DNA from: Plasmodiophora brassicae | Taxonomy: Eukaryota | Length of the DNA: 64,000 nucleotides | NCBI GenBank assembly: GCA_036867785.1 | Contig: CP145411.1 | Location: 310,001-374,000, forward strand | Direction of reading: 5' to 3' | Shown here: in pieces, positions 23,401 through 37,689 of the stretch | Layout: every line of letters starts with the position of its first letter | How positions within the stretch are numbered: position 1 is the stretch's first letter | Notes under the pieces: generated by a model | The model's input: only the letters and a program-made list of their open reading frames with translations | What the model was told of the DNA's origin: nothing | The model's database searches: none | Made by a program: the position numbers and the translations under genes

Positions 23401-26400
23401 ACCGGTCGTTGTAGTCCAGCTTCTTGTCGCCCAGCTTCAGGTACTTGCGGCCGTTCTCCGTGATGATCGCCTTCAGCAGGATCGGGTCCAGGCTCGGGTC
23501 GATCTCGGCGCCCACATCCTGCAGCGGCACAGCGGGCAGGGGGTCAGCCAACGCTCGAGGACATCGGCGACGGCGCCCCTACCTGTAGCAGGACGGGCGT
23601 GCCGAACTGGACGGCGTTCTCGAGGACGCGGGCCGTGTCCGGCGCCTTCGTGTCGATGACGCGCAGCGCCCGGCCGTGGTAGGCCTTGGCCCATTTGTTG
23701 GCCTGGCCCTGCGGGTCGACCATCAGCGGCCACCGGTTGCCACGGGTGACCAGCAGGCCGTTCTCGGTCGAGAACTCGTCGGTCGGCAGGCCCTGGATGT
23801 TCCAGTCGCGGACGTCGGTCGGTACCGCCAGGAACCGGGCGAAGTTGAAATCGGGGCTGGCGGGCACCTCGAGCTTGCGGACCGCCTGCAGGCACGTCTT
23901 GACCAGCTCCTGCCTGTAGTGGCCGACGAAGGCGCCCGCGTACGACAGGAAGGCGGCGGCGACGGCGCAGTCGCCGACCAGGAACGACAGCTGACCGTCC
24001 AGCTCGGCGATCGAGTCCTGCCAGCGGGAGCGCTCGCTCGACAGGCCCGACACGAGCTTGTCGGCCCGCGACAGCTTCGTCTCGAGCAGCTCGGCCGCCT
24101 TCCGCAGCGAGTTCTTCTCGTTCTCGCTGCTCTCGTAGCGCTGCTCGAGGGCGGCGACCTGCTCCTTGACGCGGGCCAGGCGCTCCTGCATGACCTTCAG
24201 CTGCTTCTGCTTGATCTCCAGCGAGCTCGTGGCGTCCTTCAGGGCGGCGCGCTTCGGGGCCACCGTACGGAACGTCATGGCGTAGACCTCGATGGCGACG
24301 ACCCAGTCGCAGAGGGCGGCGGCCGCCACGCTCTTCTTCACGACCTGCTCGGCGGTGAAGTCCTTCACCGCCGTGTACTTGTTGATCTTCTTCAGCGTCG
24401 CCGACGAGATGTTGTCCTTGTCGAACGTTTTCAACCGCATCAGGAAGTTGGCGTCGCTCAGCTCCTTCTTCGCGGTCGCCCAGGACGCCTCCTTACCGAG
24501 GACGACCATCACCGCCGACATGACACGGGCGACGATCGGCGGCGGCTTCGTATAGCTCTTGATTTCCGTCACCGCGTTCTTGTCCAGCTTCTCCAGGGCG
24601 CTGACGGCTCGTTCCAGCGCGGGCAGCGCCCGGTCCAGGTCGGCCTGCGCCGATTCGGCAATGGACTGGCACTCCTTCTCCTCGGTGCTCGTCTTCTGCG
24701 CCTCAATTTCGACCTGCTTACGCTGCTCGTCGGCCGACCGCTGCTGGGACACGATCTCCACCAGCAGCTTCTCACAGTCCATCTTCTTCGCCGCAACGAT
24801 CTTCCGCTTCTCCTCGAGCTCGACCTACGAGCAACGCATGTCATCGAACCAGGCGGCGCCAGCACGGTGACAACGGGAAGGCCCACCGTCATCTCGGCGA
24901 CCTGCGTCTTGGACTCGTCGAGTTTGCTGAGACCGTTGCGGAGCTTGTCGGCGGCGTCGCCCAGTTGGATACGCTTCTCGATGAGGAGCTTGCGGTAGCC
25001 GCTGACCAGGTCCAGGTAGTTGGTCGGCGTCACGTACGTGAACCGCAGGAGTTCCTGGGCCATCCGGACCGCACAGGCCTGCACCTCGAGGTGGGCCGTG
25101 CAGAACACGCCCGCCAGGCGCTTCGGCAGCGACTCGTCGGTGGTGCCAAAGTCGACGTCGCACAGGAACTTGGCGGCGACCTCGCGCAGGGCCCTGTCGG
25201 GCCACTCGGCGAACAGGTCGATCGACGTGTTGTTGACGAGCGCCGGGTACATTCGAATGCGGTCGCGGAACGTCGCCCCGACCGGGCTCATGCACAGGAC
25301 GACGTTGACGTTCTGCCGCACACGGTTGATGAAGAACGCGTACAGGCCGTCGTCTGTGTGCGAGGGAACGCCCTGAGAACGCGTTTCAGATCATCACGAT
25401 TCGTACTGCGCTGCGAGTTGCGTCGTACCGCTTCGGCCGCCTGCGGGCGGATCGCGTCCAGGACGGTGGCGAGCTCGTCGGGCGGGAACAGGTTCGGGAT
25501 CTCGCCGCTCGACAGGATGCTGTTCAGGTCCTCGATGAAACTCGGATGGATGAGCTGCGTGTCGGTGATCAGGAAGACGCAGCGCTGCTGGCCGACGCCC
25601 GCCATCTGGTAGACGGCCTTCAGGTCGTCGCGGAAGTCGGCCGCCCGGTACGACTTGCTGATCTCGATCTGCTTGACGGGGACCTCGGCAATGTATGCCG
25701 CCAGCCGCGTCAGGCTCTGTCGGCCGCTGCCGCCGACGCCGATCAGCAGGGCGTTGCCGCGCGGCTGCGATATGATCCGGAAGATCCGGCAGACGTGCTC
25801 GACGGCGTCGTCGAACAGGACGAGTTGCATGGCGGCGTTTCCCGGGAACATATTGTAGAACTCGAGCTTCTCGGTGACGAACGCCTTGACGGCGGCCCTG
25901 TCCGCCATCTCCTGGTACGGCTCGGAGTCCTGGTCGTCCAGTGAGCCCTCCGACAGGAACGTCCCGAACAACGGGTCGGCGTCGAGCGTGCCGAACAGCG
26001 ATTCCCAGGACGTTGCGAACAGTGTGTCGAGCTGGGCGGCGACGAGCCCCTTGAACGCTTGCCGGTCGTCCCGGTTGACGAGCCTGTCTTGGAACACGCG
26101 CATGCACTCGTGGGCCCAGAGCCGGATGAAGTTGTCGCGCGTGTCGAACAGGTTGTGGTCGGCCAGCAGCAGGCCGGCCGTCACCTTGGCCATGTCGCGT
26201 AGGTTGAAGATGTAGTGCGACCTCGACGGCGTCGGCAGGAACGCCTCGATGACGTGCTTGTACAGGTCCAGGGTGGCGTCCGTGCAGACGGCGGCCAGCG
26301 GCTTCACCTGCTCGTCGAAGTTCGCCAGGTGCGCCGTCAGGATCGTCCCGAAGATGCGCTTGATCTGGGCGTCGCTCGGGAACGTCATGTGCACCAGGTT

Positions 26401-29400
26401 GAACTTGGACTGGAACCGGGACGAGATCGGCGTGCGGGCACCCCCGGGGGCGCCCATCGCCGCCAGCACCTGCATGTCGATGATCACCTTCATCGTCTGG
26501 CGCTGCCGGTCGTACCACCCGCCGTAGTCGATCCACTGTCGCAGGAGCTCGTTCGGCGGCTGCGTCCCGAACTCGTCCGGCGCCGGCATGTTCAGGTCGT
26601 CGATGAACACGACCAGACGCTGCCGCCCGTTGGCAGGGCCGAAGCTGTTCCGCTGCCGTTTCTCCATCCTCGACTCCAGCATCGCCTGCGTCACCGCCGA
26701 CGACGTCGCCGACGAGAAGTTCATCGTCATCGTCATGGTCTTGCTGTCGGCGTCCTCCATGGCGGACAGCAACGACGACGCCAGGACGGTCTTGCCCGTC
26801 CCGGTCACGCCGACCAGCAGCACCGGGTGGCGCTGCGCCAACAGCGCCGACACGATGAACGCGTTGCGAACCGTGTCGACGGTCGGCACCACCAGGCTGT
26901 ACATGGGCACGTGCGGAGGGGGCGCCCACGTGTTCGGCACCCGCTCTTCCCACGTTATCCACTGCGACACACACAGACACAATCGTCAGCGACGGCCGGC
27001 TCAGGTTCGGATGGCGCCTCGCCCCGTCGCACCTCCTTCTTGTTGGCGTCGACGACGTAGTCGTAGACGGTGTTCAGGCCGGGGAACGACGCCTGCGCCT
27101 CGCGCAGGAACTCGTCGATCTTCAGGCGCCCGGGTTCGTCGACGGCGGCGCCGACCGACCAGACGACGCAGAACATGAACCACTGTTCGATCAGGCGGGC
27201 GCGAGGGCTCGATGCGAACTCGTTGACGGCCGCCTCCTTGTCCTTCGCCGACATGGCCGCCGCCGCCGCCGCCGACACGACCGGCGCCGCGTCGACACCG
27301 TTCGACGGCGTCGCGAGCGAGTCGTACAGACGCGTTAGCGATTGGACGGCGTTGAACGCCGTGATCGGGATCAGCTCGCGACACCCGGACGACGCCTTGA
27401 ACGCGAGCAGCGGCTCGACGAACCGGTCGAACAGCGCCCGCAACAGGTCCGCTTGGTCCGGGTCCTTCTTCGCCAGCCAGCTCGTCACGAACGGCGCCCA
27501 CCCCAGGCCGTTCCTGGACCGCGGTCAGATACGACGATGGGGAACGCACGCGGGCGGACAGACGGACGTACTTGTCAAGGTAGACCATGCCGGCACGGGA
27601 GACCGTTGCCGGCGACGCCTGGGCGAGGTTCTGCACCTCGAAGAGCAGGGAGATCTGCGGGGTCAGCGCGATCCGGTCGCCGTTGATCAGCGTCAGGACC
27701 TTGTTGTCGTCCAGGACCGTGTTCATCGACTCGATCCAGAGCGTGTCGACGGGGCCGTCCAGGACGACCCACTTCTCGTTCGTGTTCTCGCTGCTGCAGC
27801 AGCGGCGAAGGACGGCGGCGATGATCCCGTCGGACCATTCGCGCGTGTTCAGGTCGTACGACCCGTACAGCTCGTTGTTGTCCACCGTCTTCGGGTTGAT
27901 CACGAACGACTCGACGCGCCGCACCCGGTCATCGGTCGACGTCGCCGCCATCGTCGACAGCGTCTTCGCCAGGATGCGCCAGGCGGTCGACTTGCCGGAC
28001 AGCGCCTCGCCGACGACCATGTTCCCATGACGGGTGCGCTTCGACTCGTACAGCTGGACGATCTTCTGGATCAGCGATGCGTTCGGCTGCAGGCCTTCGG
28101 CGCTCAGCTCGCTCTGCACATCAGCAATGTCAGCCATCCCGACGCCCTGCGGATCATCGGGCACTTGCCTTGATGACGTCTTCCATGGCGGCCGTGTTCG
28201 GTGGCGGCACCTCCAGACTCGGGAACAGGTCCTGCATCAGGCCAGCGAACAGGACGGCGTCGTCGGCGACGAACTTGGGCAGGTTCATGTCGCGAAGCGC
28301 GCGCACGAGAACGACATCTTCGGGCAGGTCCGAGCTCTCGCGATAGATCGCCCCGGCCCGGTTCAGCACCGACTTCACCGCTCGCAGACCTGCCGGGCGC
28401 GCCGGTCAGAAACGCACACGCGCCCGCCGTCCCCCGACGCAGGGCCGAATCGTTCGTTACCAAAGTCGTAGTGCTCCTGCTTCGAGAACTGCTGCTCCAT
28501 CAGGTTGTACAGCGTCACGATCTTCTGCGCCAGGACGCGGGCGTCCTTCAGCCCCTCCGACTGCAGCATGATCTCGGCGATCAGCGCAAAGTCGGGCACC
28601 ATCATGGCCACCGGCCTGAACAGCGACTTGAGGTTGTCGGGCAGTTCCGTTCGCCCAGCGTACCCCTGGGACGAAACGCCCCGCCATCAATCAGCAATCA
28701 GCCCGACCCGCGCTGGGCCCCCCATCGTGTCGCCACCTACCGGGTTCATCGTGATGAAGATGCCGACGGCCCGGTTCAGCTTGATGTTGACGCCCTCGAA
28801 CATCATGTAGTCGCGTTTCTCGGCGACGGCCGTGAAGATCGACGCGATCTGCTGGGCGACGACGGACAGCACCTCGATCCGGATGCGGTTGAACTCGTCG
28901 AAGCACCCCCAGGCGCCCGTCTGCGCCAGGCCCGAGTACAGCGTCCCCAGCGACTTGTAGTCCATGGCGTCGCTGCAGTTGAAGACGATGACGAAGTTGC
29001 CCATCGCCTTGCCGAGGTCCTTGACCGTCTCCGTTTTACCCGTCCCGGCGGGTCCCTGTGGCGACCCGCCCAGGTGCAGGTGCAGGGCGGTCGTCAGCGT
29101 CAGGTAGCACCGATCGGTGAGCGGCGTGACGACCAGGCGCCCGTTGTTGCCCTGGTACTCGTAGCCGTACGCGAACGACGTGTTCGTCTGGCGCACCTGG
29201 CACTCGCCATAGTCGCCCTCGCTGCGGTCGTAGTAGAACCTCAGCTGCGACGTCCACTGGAAGTCGTCGACGGCCGTCGCCCCGTGCTTCAGCATGCGTT
29301 CGATGACATCGCGGGCGTGCACCTCGATGGTGATCAGCGCGACGAGTTTCAGGCGTTCGATCGCGGACAGGTCGCCCCGGATCAGGACGGTCAGGCGCTC

Positions 29401-32400
29401 CAGGTACCGGTACCATCGGTTCCGGGTCTGCTTCAGCGCCTTTCTGGCCTTCTGCGGGTCGGCCAGGGCGCGCGTGCACTCGCTCGTCCAGGCGACCTGC
29501 CCGGACGTGATCAGCATCTGCCCGATCGTCGACCGGATCCAGTTCTCCCGCTTCGACATGGACTTCTGCACGGTGGCCACCGCCTCCTGCATGTGCTTGC
29601 GCAGCGTCTCCCGCATCGACTTCTCGACCTTGATCAGCCAGACCTCCACCGGGCCCTGCGTCGCGATCCCATACAGGAAGCGGACCTTCTCACCGTCCTC
29701 GGCGACCATGCCGATCACCTCCCAGCTGCGAGCGCCGCCGGCGCCCGCACCCGACGACGACGTCGACGGGTCGCCGCGCTCCTTGGCCTGGATCTCGAGT
29801 CTGTGGATCCCGGCGAAGCACTTCTTCACGTGGCGCTGCACCTGGGTCGGGTCGCGCGTCTGCCCCAGCACCTCCAGCAGGTCGTCGTCCGACAGGAAGT
29901 AGAACCTCGGGAAGATCTGCCGCTTCTTCTCCAGGTACTGGTCCAGCGATTTCTGGATCTTCTCCAGCGTCGCCTTCATGCGGTTCAGGCGATCCAGCAG
30001 GCCGTCCTCGTCGACGCAGCGCTGCGCGTTGCGGGTCGCGTTCCATCGGTCGAGGATCTCGACCCACGACCCGTTGACGTTCTCGAACAGGGCGGATTCA
30101 ACGGGCAGCTGCTTGCGGATGTCCTCGCTGCCGACGAAGATCGACTCCAGGTACATCCACTGGCGCTGCACGACCAGGACCGACTCGATGCACTCGGCGA
30201 TGTCGTTCAGCCGGCGGATCCACAGGTTGATCTGCTCCTCGAACGTGATGTAGTGCGGCGAGTTCTTCATCGTCGACAGCGACACGTGGTGGTCCTCCAG
30301 CGTCTGGAACAGGTCGTCGGTCGACACCACCTTCCGGTACCGCTCCTTGTACGGGACGACCTCGACGTTCATCGTCCGCCAGCGCTCCTCGATCTCCAGC
30401 AGCGTCTGCTCGATGCTGTACTCGCGCGACGCGATCGCCGACAGCGCGTTGATCGTCTCCGCGTGCTGATGGATGCCCAGGTCGAACAGCTTGCCGAGCG
30501 TGAACGCGTCGTCGTGCGGGTCGAACTGGTGGTCCTGGACCTCCTCCTTCAGTTCCGCCCAGTGCCGCTCGCGCATCGCCGGGTTCTTCAGGTCCTTGAT
30601 CAGGGGCATCATCGTCCGGAAGTGCTCGATGCGCTCCCGGGCGGCGTTCCAGACCGGCCACTTCTTCATGACCTTGGCCAGCTTCAGCAGGCGCGTCTGC
30701 ACGTCGGTGGCCTGCGCGTCCATCTCCTCCGGGTTCAGCTGCCGGAAGATGGCCGTCTTCCAGCTCTGCCAGTTCGCATGCCATGCGCTGGTCAGCTCCC
30801 AGATCGCCTGCAGAGCGGCCAGGTCCCGCTCGGTGTCCTCCAGGTCCTTGTACGTCGGCTGGGCCACCCCGAAGATGTCCAGACCCGGTTTCATGGCCGC
30901 CGCCGCGCCGCGAGACTCCTGCACCCGTTTCCGCCACGAATCCACGAGGACGAGCGCCACGTCGATGCCGGTGCCGTCGTCGGCGGCCGCTTTGAAGACG
31001 TCGGACGCCAGGAAGGCGCGCCGGTTCTCGCTGACGGCTTCGTTGAACGCGTCGAGGCTCATCTCCAGCCCTCGCTTCATGGACTGCTTGACCTGCGTCA
31101 GCATGACGTCGACCTCCTTCAGCGTCGTCAGGTACTGCGACCAGGACGGGCGCAGGTCGTCCAGCTGCTCCTTCTCCTCGTCCGTGATCACGACGCCGAA
31201 CTTCGCCAACGTCCGGAACATGTCGTCCAGCGGTTCGAATCGCGACTCGATGACGGGCGCCTCCTTCTTCATCTTGGACAGCAGGTTCAGGCTGGCGCCC
31301 AGCTGCTCCAGGTCCTTCGGCTCCCGACGAAGCTCCAGCGACGTCGACGCGATCAGGTCGCGCAGCGCCTGCAACTCGCTGGACGCGTTCGAATGCAACA
31401 GGGTCGTCAGGCGCGCCTGCCAGTCCAGGCAGTGGGCCACGAGCGACGCCTTCAGCTGCGTGCAATCGATACGAATGAACCGGACGGACCGGCTCGGGTC
31501 CTCGCTCTGCACGTCCTCCTGCATCGACTTGTACCGGGTGATGTCCATGTCGTACGACGACAGCGGGCGCTTCGTGTTGGCGTACCGCCGCATGTAGGCG
31601 TCCTTGTCGAGGTCCCACGTGGACTTGTACGCGTCCTTCCAGTAGGCGACCAGGTCGTTGATGTCGGTCGTCACGTTGCGCATGCCCTGGATGATGGTCA
31701 CGAACGTCTTCAGCACGTCCTCGTCGTTCGCGATGGCGTCGTAGAAGTTCTGCAGGTCGGAGTCGCCGGGTAGGCCACCGGGCGCTACTGGCCTAGGCCC
31801 TCTGGGCGACGCGGGCGCCACACCCGCCGCCGCCAGCGCCGCCGGGGCCTGCGAATCCACAACGGTGACGTTGTTGCGCTTCTTGCGTTTGTACTCCAGC
31901 AGGTCCTGCGACCACCACGTTGGACGAACGTCGCAATTGCAATGTTCGGAACGTACCGTCAGGCGTGGGACGACCTTCACCGTGTTCATCAGCTTGCGCG
32001 AGATGTCGTTGACGAGGTTGGTCAGGTCGGACATGTTGGGCCGGAACGCCACCGTCGACGTCTGCGCGCCCGACCCTTCGTCGAGGACCATGTCGACCTT
32101 GAACAAGGCCTGCGTCTCGTTCTTCGCGTCGCCTGCAATGGCCTTGGACAACTCCATGAGCGACTTCTTGACCATGTGACGCAGGGCGGCCTCGATCTGT
32201 CGGTCGATCCGGCGAATGTAGGCGGCCCAGGCGCGTTGGACGTCGGACGGCGCCTCGCGGAAGATGTCGTAGGACTTGTTCATGCTGGCGACAATCTCGG
32301 CGTGCATGGCGGCCAGGCCCTGCTGGACCCGGACGCGATGCCGCGATTGCGCCTCGTCGAACATGACGTCGGTGTACACCGTGCTCTTCTCGATGACGAC

Positions 32401-35155
32401 CAGGCCGGTCGCCGCGATCTTCCTGCACGTCGCCACGATGAACTGGTGCTGATGATGGAACTGCCCGATCAGGGCCTGCACTTCATGGCACTGCTCCCTG
32501 CAGATCTTGACGAAGAACTCCTTGACGTGCTTCTTCGACCAGGTCAGCTTGGTCAGCCCCGGGTTGATCCTCCGGTCCACTTTCCGCATGTGGTCGGCGA
32601 ACAGCTGTCGTTCGTCCGGCGACAGCGCGTCCAGCACCGCGTTGTACTCGCGCACGACCAGCATCACGTTCTGGTACAGGACCCTCTGCGCGTCGTGCAA
32701 CTTCGACATCTCATACGCCACGTACGGGATGGCGAACTCCGATCCCTGACCGCCAGACCGTTAATCGCCCGCATCGCGACAGACGACCTGTGCCTACCTG
32801 GAACTGCTGCCAGTACACGACCTCGTCGAACAGGCGCAGCAGGGCTTTGTCGAAGTTGGCCTGCAGGTGTTTCGACGAGCGGCGGTCGGCGCTGGCACCG
32901 GCAGGAGCGTCGCCGGCGTCGTCGGCGGCGGGGCCGTCGACGTTCGCCTCCCCAGGCGCATCGGCCCCGCCTCGAAGGAGGAGCGGGAGCTCCAGGCGCT
33001 CGATCAACGGCTGCGCTTCGTTCAGGGCCTCGACCTCGGCGACCCATTCGGTGTACATTTGCGTCTGGTAGGCGACCAGCACGCTCTCGACCTGTTCCAT
33101 GGCGAACCGCGCCTCGCGCCCTTCCCGGCTGGTGTCGTTCGCCAGGCAGGCGGCCCCGTCGATGATCGCGCGTTGCGATGCGATGCGCTTGGCGAGGCCA
33201 TGCGCCCACAGGGCCCTGCCAGCGTACTTCGGCTGGCACGGCGGCAACGGCGGCGCCTCGTGGTGCCGGTCAAAGTCGCGCTTGATCCAGAGCACTTCCG
33301 ATTTCAGCATGGTGAACACGTCGGCGATCTTCCGGTTCAGGATCGTCTTCATCGACACGCGCTTCGCAAGGATGGCGAACGCCTCGAGCAATTCGACGCC
33401 GCTCGCCACGGTCGACACCGAGTCGAACGCCGACGAGATGACGTTCGTCATCATGACCTCGAGGTCCTTGACGCCGTTCTTGAAGAAGTTGTAGTCGTCG
33501 TGCCAGTCGGTGGCCTTGACGTCCAGGATGTTGTAGTCCAGGCCTCGCAGGCGCTCGATGTGCTTCTCGAACGCGTCCTCGATGTCGTGCAGCGCCTTCT
33601 CGGTCTCGGCGCCTCGCGACCCGCCGAACGTCGGCAGCGGCGTCTTCCCGTGCGACTCGGTGGACGACTTCCTGGCGAATTGCACCTGGCCCTCGCAGAC
33701 CTCCAGCAGCTCCCGGCAGCGCTGCACGAAGGCCTCGATCTGCGCGAAGATCGACGACGGGTCAAAGTTCCAGGCCGCCTGCGACGACGACGATCGGCGG
33801 ACGGCCTCGACGGTCCGCTCGTAGATTCGTCGCCATTCGACGCCGCAGCTGATCGATTCGCGCAGGTGCACCATGCTGGCGTGGACGTCGCCGTTGAAGA
33901 TCTCGTTCAGGTCGATGGCCTTCGTGCACTGCTTGATGATCTGCGACGACACCTTGCGGAGCAGGCCCGTCAGGCGCTCCTGCGTGTTGTAGAACTTGGA
34001 CAGCGTCCAGATCATGCGGATCAGGTTGAGGATGTCGACCAGCAGCGGCGGGATCTGGTTCGGCGCGGCACCCTTCAGCTTGTTGCACGGCTCGTGCAAC
34101 GTCTCCAGGAACCGGAGGTTGTCGTTGGCCTCGTCGGACCCCGACTGGATCATGCCTTTCAATGTTTCGAACGGGCGAAGGTATGACGACCCGACGATCT
34201 GCAGGACGCGAACGATGTCGACGACGATCGGGCGCTCGAGTTGCCGGCGAATGCCCAGCAGGTCGACGGTCCGCGATCGCCAGAACTCGATCTCCTCGAG
34301 CGGGCCGGATTCCTCGACGTGCTGGGACGTGTCCTGGTTGGTGACCACCTCCTTGATCTGACGCGTCCAGTGGATCAGCGTCGACTCCAGGCGCTGGATC
34401 AGGTCCTTGTCGGCGACGGCCGCCTCCACGTCCGACAGGTCCTCATCCGGCATGTACAGGATCGTGCTGCCCTTCGAATGGTTCACCGTCTCCGTCAGGT
34501 TCGCCATGAACTTGTGCAACTGGCCGCTGAAGTCCTTCCGGACGCTGGCCGGCCACGACGAGTTGTTCAGGAACGTGGGGACGTACAGGTTCGTCATGAC
34601 AGCGAAAATGTTGTCGAGAGCAGGGCCGGAAACGATCCCATACTGGACGGCGTCACGAGCATCGGCAATGGACAGCAGCGTCTTGCCGTTGTCTTTGATG
34701 AAGTACTGGAGCTGGGGGACACCCGTCGGCATCGAATCCGTGTGCAGAACGACACGATGGTTGTCGGTGTCGACGACGACGGTCAGGCGGGTGATGCTGG
34801 GCGACACCAGGAAATCGGCAATGATGAAACTGTGTTCGTCGCGCCACATTTCCGGCTGGAACCCATCGAGGCGGATTCGGGCCCAGATCCATGCGATCGC
34901 CTCGTCGTCCGGGATCTGCTCGCTGGCGTCCAGGTTATCGTCGGGGCCGATCGATGAGAACCCTGATGATCTGCCAGGCGCGCCGAGGACGCTGGTGCGA
35001 CTGGGGCCGCCGGGTTTCGTTGAGGGTCCGGTTATGGAGGATCGTTTCGATGTGGATGCAGGTAGGACGATGGAGGGAGCGACTTTATCGCTGGCCTCGG
35101 CCTCGTTGACGTCGTCGTCGACAGGCAGGGCGGATGAAGCGCCCTCCGTCTCCAT
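20403..35155 (-). CDS. DNAH2: Axonemal dynein heavy chain, inner-arm I1/f beta type (DNAH2-like)
   Basis: N-terminal [15 protein letters not shown]...[13 protein letters not shown]-loops [24 protein letters not shown] and GVGGSGRQS, plus CFDEFNR and the stalk coiled coil. C-terminus [14 protein letters not shown]. Roughly a dozen short introns. Confidence 0.93.
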
Positions 35156-35282
35156 CGAGGACAGCGCCTCGCTCCAGGAGGACCAGCAATAATGTCAGAC
35201 AGTGCACCGGTCACAGATCGCAGGTTGCAGATCGTCACATGAAGGCCATGTGTTTACTTACCTGCACGTACATAGTATATAC

Positions 35283-36092
35283 TCATGGGTGAACGGCTGG
35301 TAGACGAGGTCGCCATTCGGTCATGCCGGTCCCGTTGACGTTGACCTGCGTGAGGGCGTTGCAGGCCGTCAGTGCGGTTAGGTCGGTGAAGCTGGTGCAG
35401 CACAGATCCAGATGACGCAGAGCGGGGCAGTGGCGCAACGGGCGCAGGTCGCGAATGTTCGTCGCGCTCAAGTTCAACCGGCACAGGCGCTTGCAGCCGA
35501 CCAGGGGCCAAACGTCCACGATCCTCGAGTAACTGATGTCCAGGTGCTCCCTACAATTGATGTCACATGCCAAACCAATCGAGGGATGGTCCCCGAGTTA
35601 CAGCTGTGGGCAGCGAGTGAACGATGGGAGATGCAGGGCGCGAGCACCAGTCACGTCGAGGTACCGCAGGTCATGGCAGGATGATATGGGGCCAAGGTCG
35701 ATGACGTTCACGCATCGGAACAGTTTCAGGTGGCGGAGCAATCGGAATCGGGTCAGGAAGCTGAGGTCATCAACGGCCGTCTTGGACAGGTTCAACGATG
35801 TAAGTGCACCGCCCGAGAAGGAATGCAGAATCGCATCCATTTGAATCCGGGTGGCTGGCAGTGTTGCTAGCGACAGGGTTTGTAGGCAACGCGTCCGTCG
35901 AAGCACGGCGATGATTCTTAAAGGGGTGTCTAGACCCATGGCAGGAGCATTGATGTCGCGCAGGTGACGAAAGTACGCGCGGTACATGGGCGTCGAGACG
36001 AGCATCATGCGGCGCGCGTCCGCCGGTGATAGGAGATCCCAGATGGCTATAGACGGGGGACCAAACACAACCATAATCCTATACAAATCCAT
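35283..36092 (-). CDS. Leucine-rich repeat protein (possible F-box-like N-terminus)
   Basis: Repeated LxxLxL units (LTSLNLSKTAVDDLSFL, LRHLKL, LRYLDV, LCRLNLSATNIRDLRPL, LRHLDL). One intron near 35555-35600. Confidence 0.8.
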
Positions 36093-36206
36093 CGTCAGTA
36101 GCCTCTGCAGATTACTAAATGGGCGCATGTGGGGGAATCGAGAACATGATGAGACATATTGTTCTCGAACGGACCCATCGTTGGGACATGATTCAGGCCG
36201 ATCACT

Positions 36207-37560
36207 TTATTCCTCGTCGGTGTCCGGTGGCAATGGGACCGCTTCTCGCAACGGTTTAGAAGGGTCATGGCCCAGCCAGCTGACTGGCAGGAACGATGTG
36301 TCAATCTCCCGTCCCTTCATAGCCATGGCTTCTTTAATTGTGTTACACATCTGTGCAGCAAACGTCATTAGGAGAACAGAGTCACAACAAGAACGATCGG
36401 TCGCATACCGCTTGGGCAATAAAACCGACTGAATACAGATTGTCATCATTGCAGGGAATCGGGTAGGCGATGTTCGTGGGGTCGCAATCGGTATCGACGA
36501 CGCCAATCAGCGGAACGTTTCCCTGCATCGATTCGCGAATAGCCTGGAACGCATGGAACGTTACAAACAACGGACAAGAGCAGACAGAAATCGTGAACGT
36601 AAAATACCCCAGGGCATTCTCTGGTGTTGAATAGGAAGACAACATCCGGTGGTTGGTCAAGGTTCTCAAGGCCAGCGATACGTCGTCTGAGACGCTTTTT
36701 CTTCTTGTACAGGTTCGGGTTCTCATTCAGCGCCTCGATGTGTTGCTGGGTGGACTCGAACACGACGTCAAAGTTCGTGATGAGGCCAGGCACCCACTTA
36801 TCAACCAGGTACGGTTGCCCACATAGAACCGCCGTCTGCAACGCCAACGGGTTCATTAGCTGCCGCGACGAGAAGAACAGGACGCATCCATCGTTCAGGA
36901 TCACACCCTGGCCTAACGCGTTACAAGTCACATCCCAATGCACAGCTGAGTCGGCCTGACCTGAGCAATGCGAAGAGCGCGAATCAGGGCAGCGCGCGTC
37001 TCTTCGAGGTCGATGATATGGGAACCGTCGCGATGGCCAATGATGTAACGCGACTACGAAGTTATGTGAGAACCCCATGCGAGCACGAAGACACGAAGAT
37101 CGAGTGTTCGCCCACCATTTTGGGATTCCATTGCCTTGTCTGATGCCCTGCAGGCGCTCAGTACAAGTCAACGCATCCTACGCGCGAGCGTGCCTACCCT
37201 GATGAGCTTTCGCCATGTACAGTTGTTCAACGGTGACGCGCTCCTCGGGAGGCGTCAACGATTCCAGCATGTGCAGCAGCTCCTGGTTCCTGGGCGGCTG
37301 CGTCGGGTTCAGGTAATCCTTCAACGACACGTGCACCGATTCTCCCTTCTCGACCGGGCGCTTGGGCCCGGGCGTATACCATGGCGTCTACAGTGATCCC
37401 GGTCAGCTTCGCCGGGCCCCGCCTGCGATCGCCGACTTACAGGAACATGGCCGCGCTTCATGGCGATCTTCACGATCTCCTCATAGTCTGCGGGTTCGGT
37501 TGCGAACCGTCTGCCAACGGGTCGGACGGCGAGCGCGCGACGGGCCCCGCTCCACCACAT
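36207..37560 (-). CDS. Nucleus-encoded mitochondrial ribosomal protein S2 (uS2m)
   Basis: KWVPGLITNF, GLENLDQPPDVVFLFN, AIRES...VPLIGVVDTDCDP..IAYPIPCNDD. The Arg-rich N-terminus MWWSGARRALAVRPVGRRFAT resembles a mitochondrial transit peptide. Confidence 0.88.
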
Positions 37561-37689
37561 CGCGAACGATGACACCCGCAACGACGCCGTAGCCTCCAAC
37601 AATAACCGCTTCTCATGCTACACGATTTCCACAGACAGGTGGAAACGCGGACGCTAATTGCGAGGCTTTAGTAGAAGCAGGCAACCTGA

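Noticed and set aside
20598-34957. Very long + strand ORFs (e.g. 28201-31773, 1190 aa; 20598-22718, 706 aa)
   Set aside because: These are antisense shadows of the high-GC3 dynein gene, with biased composition and no domain motifs.
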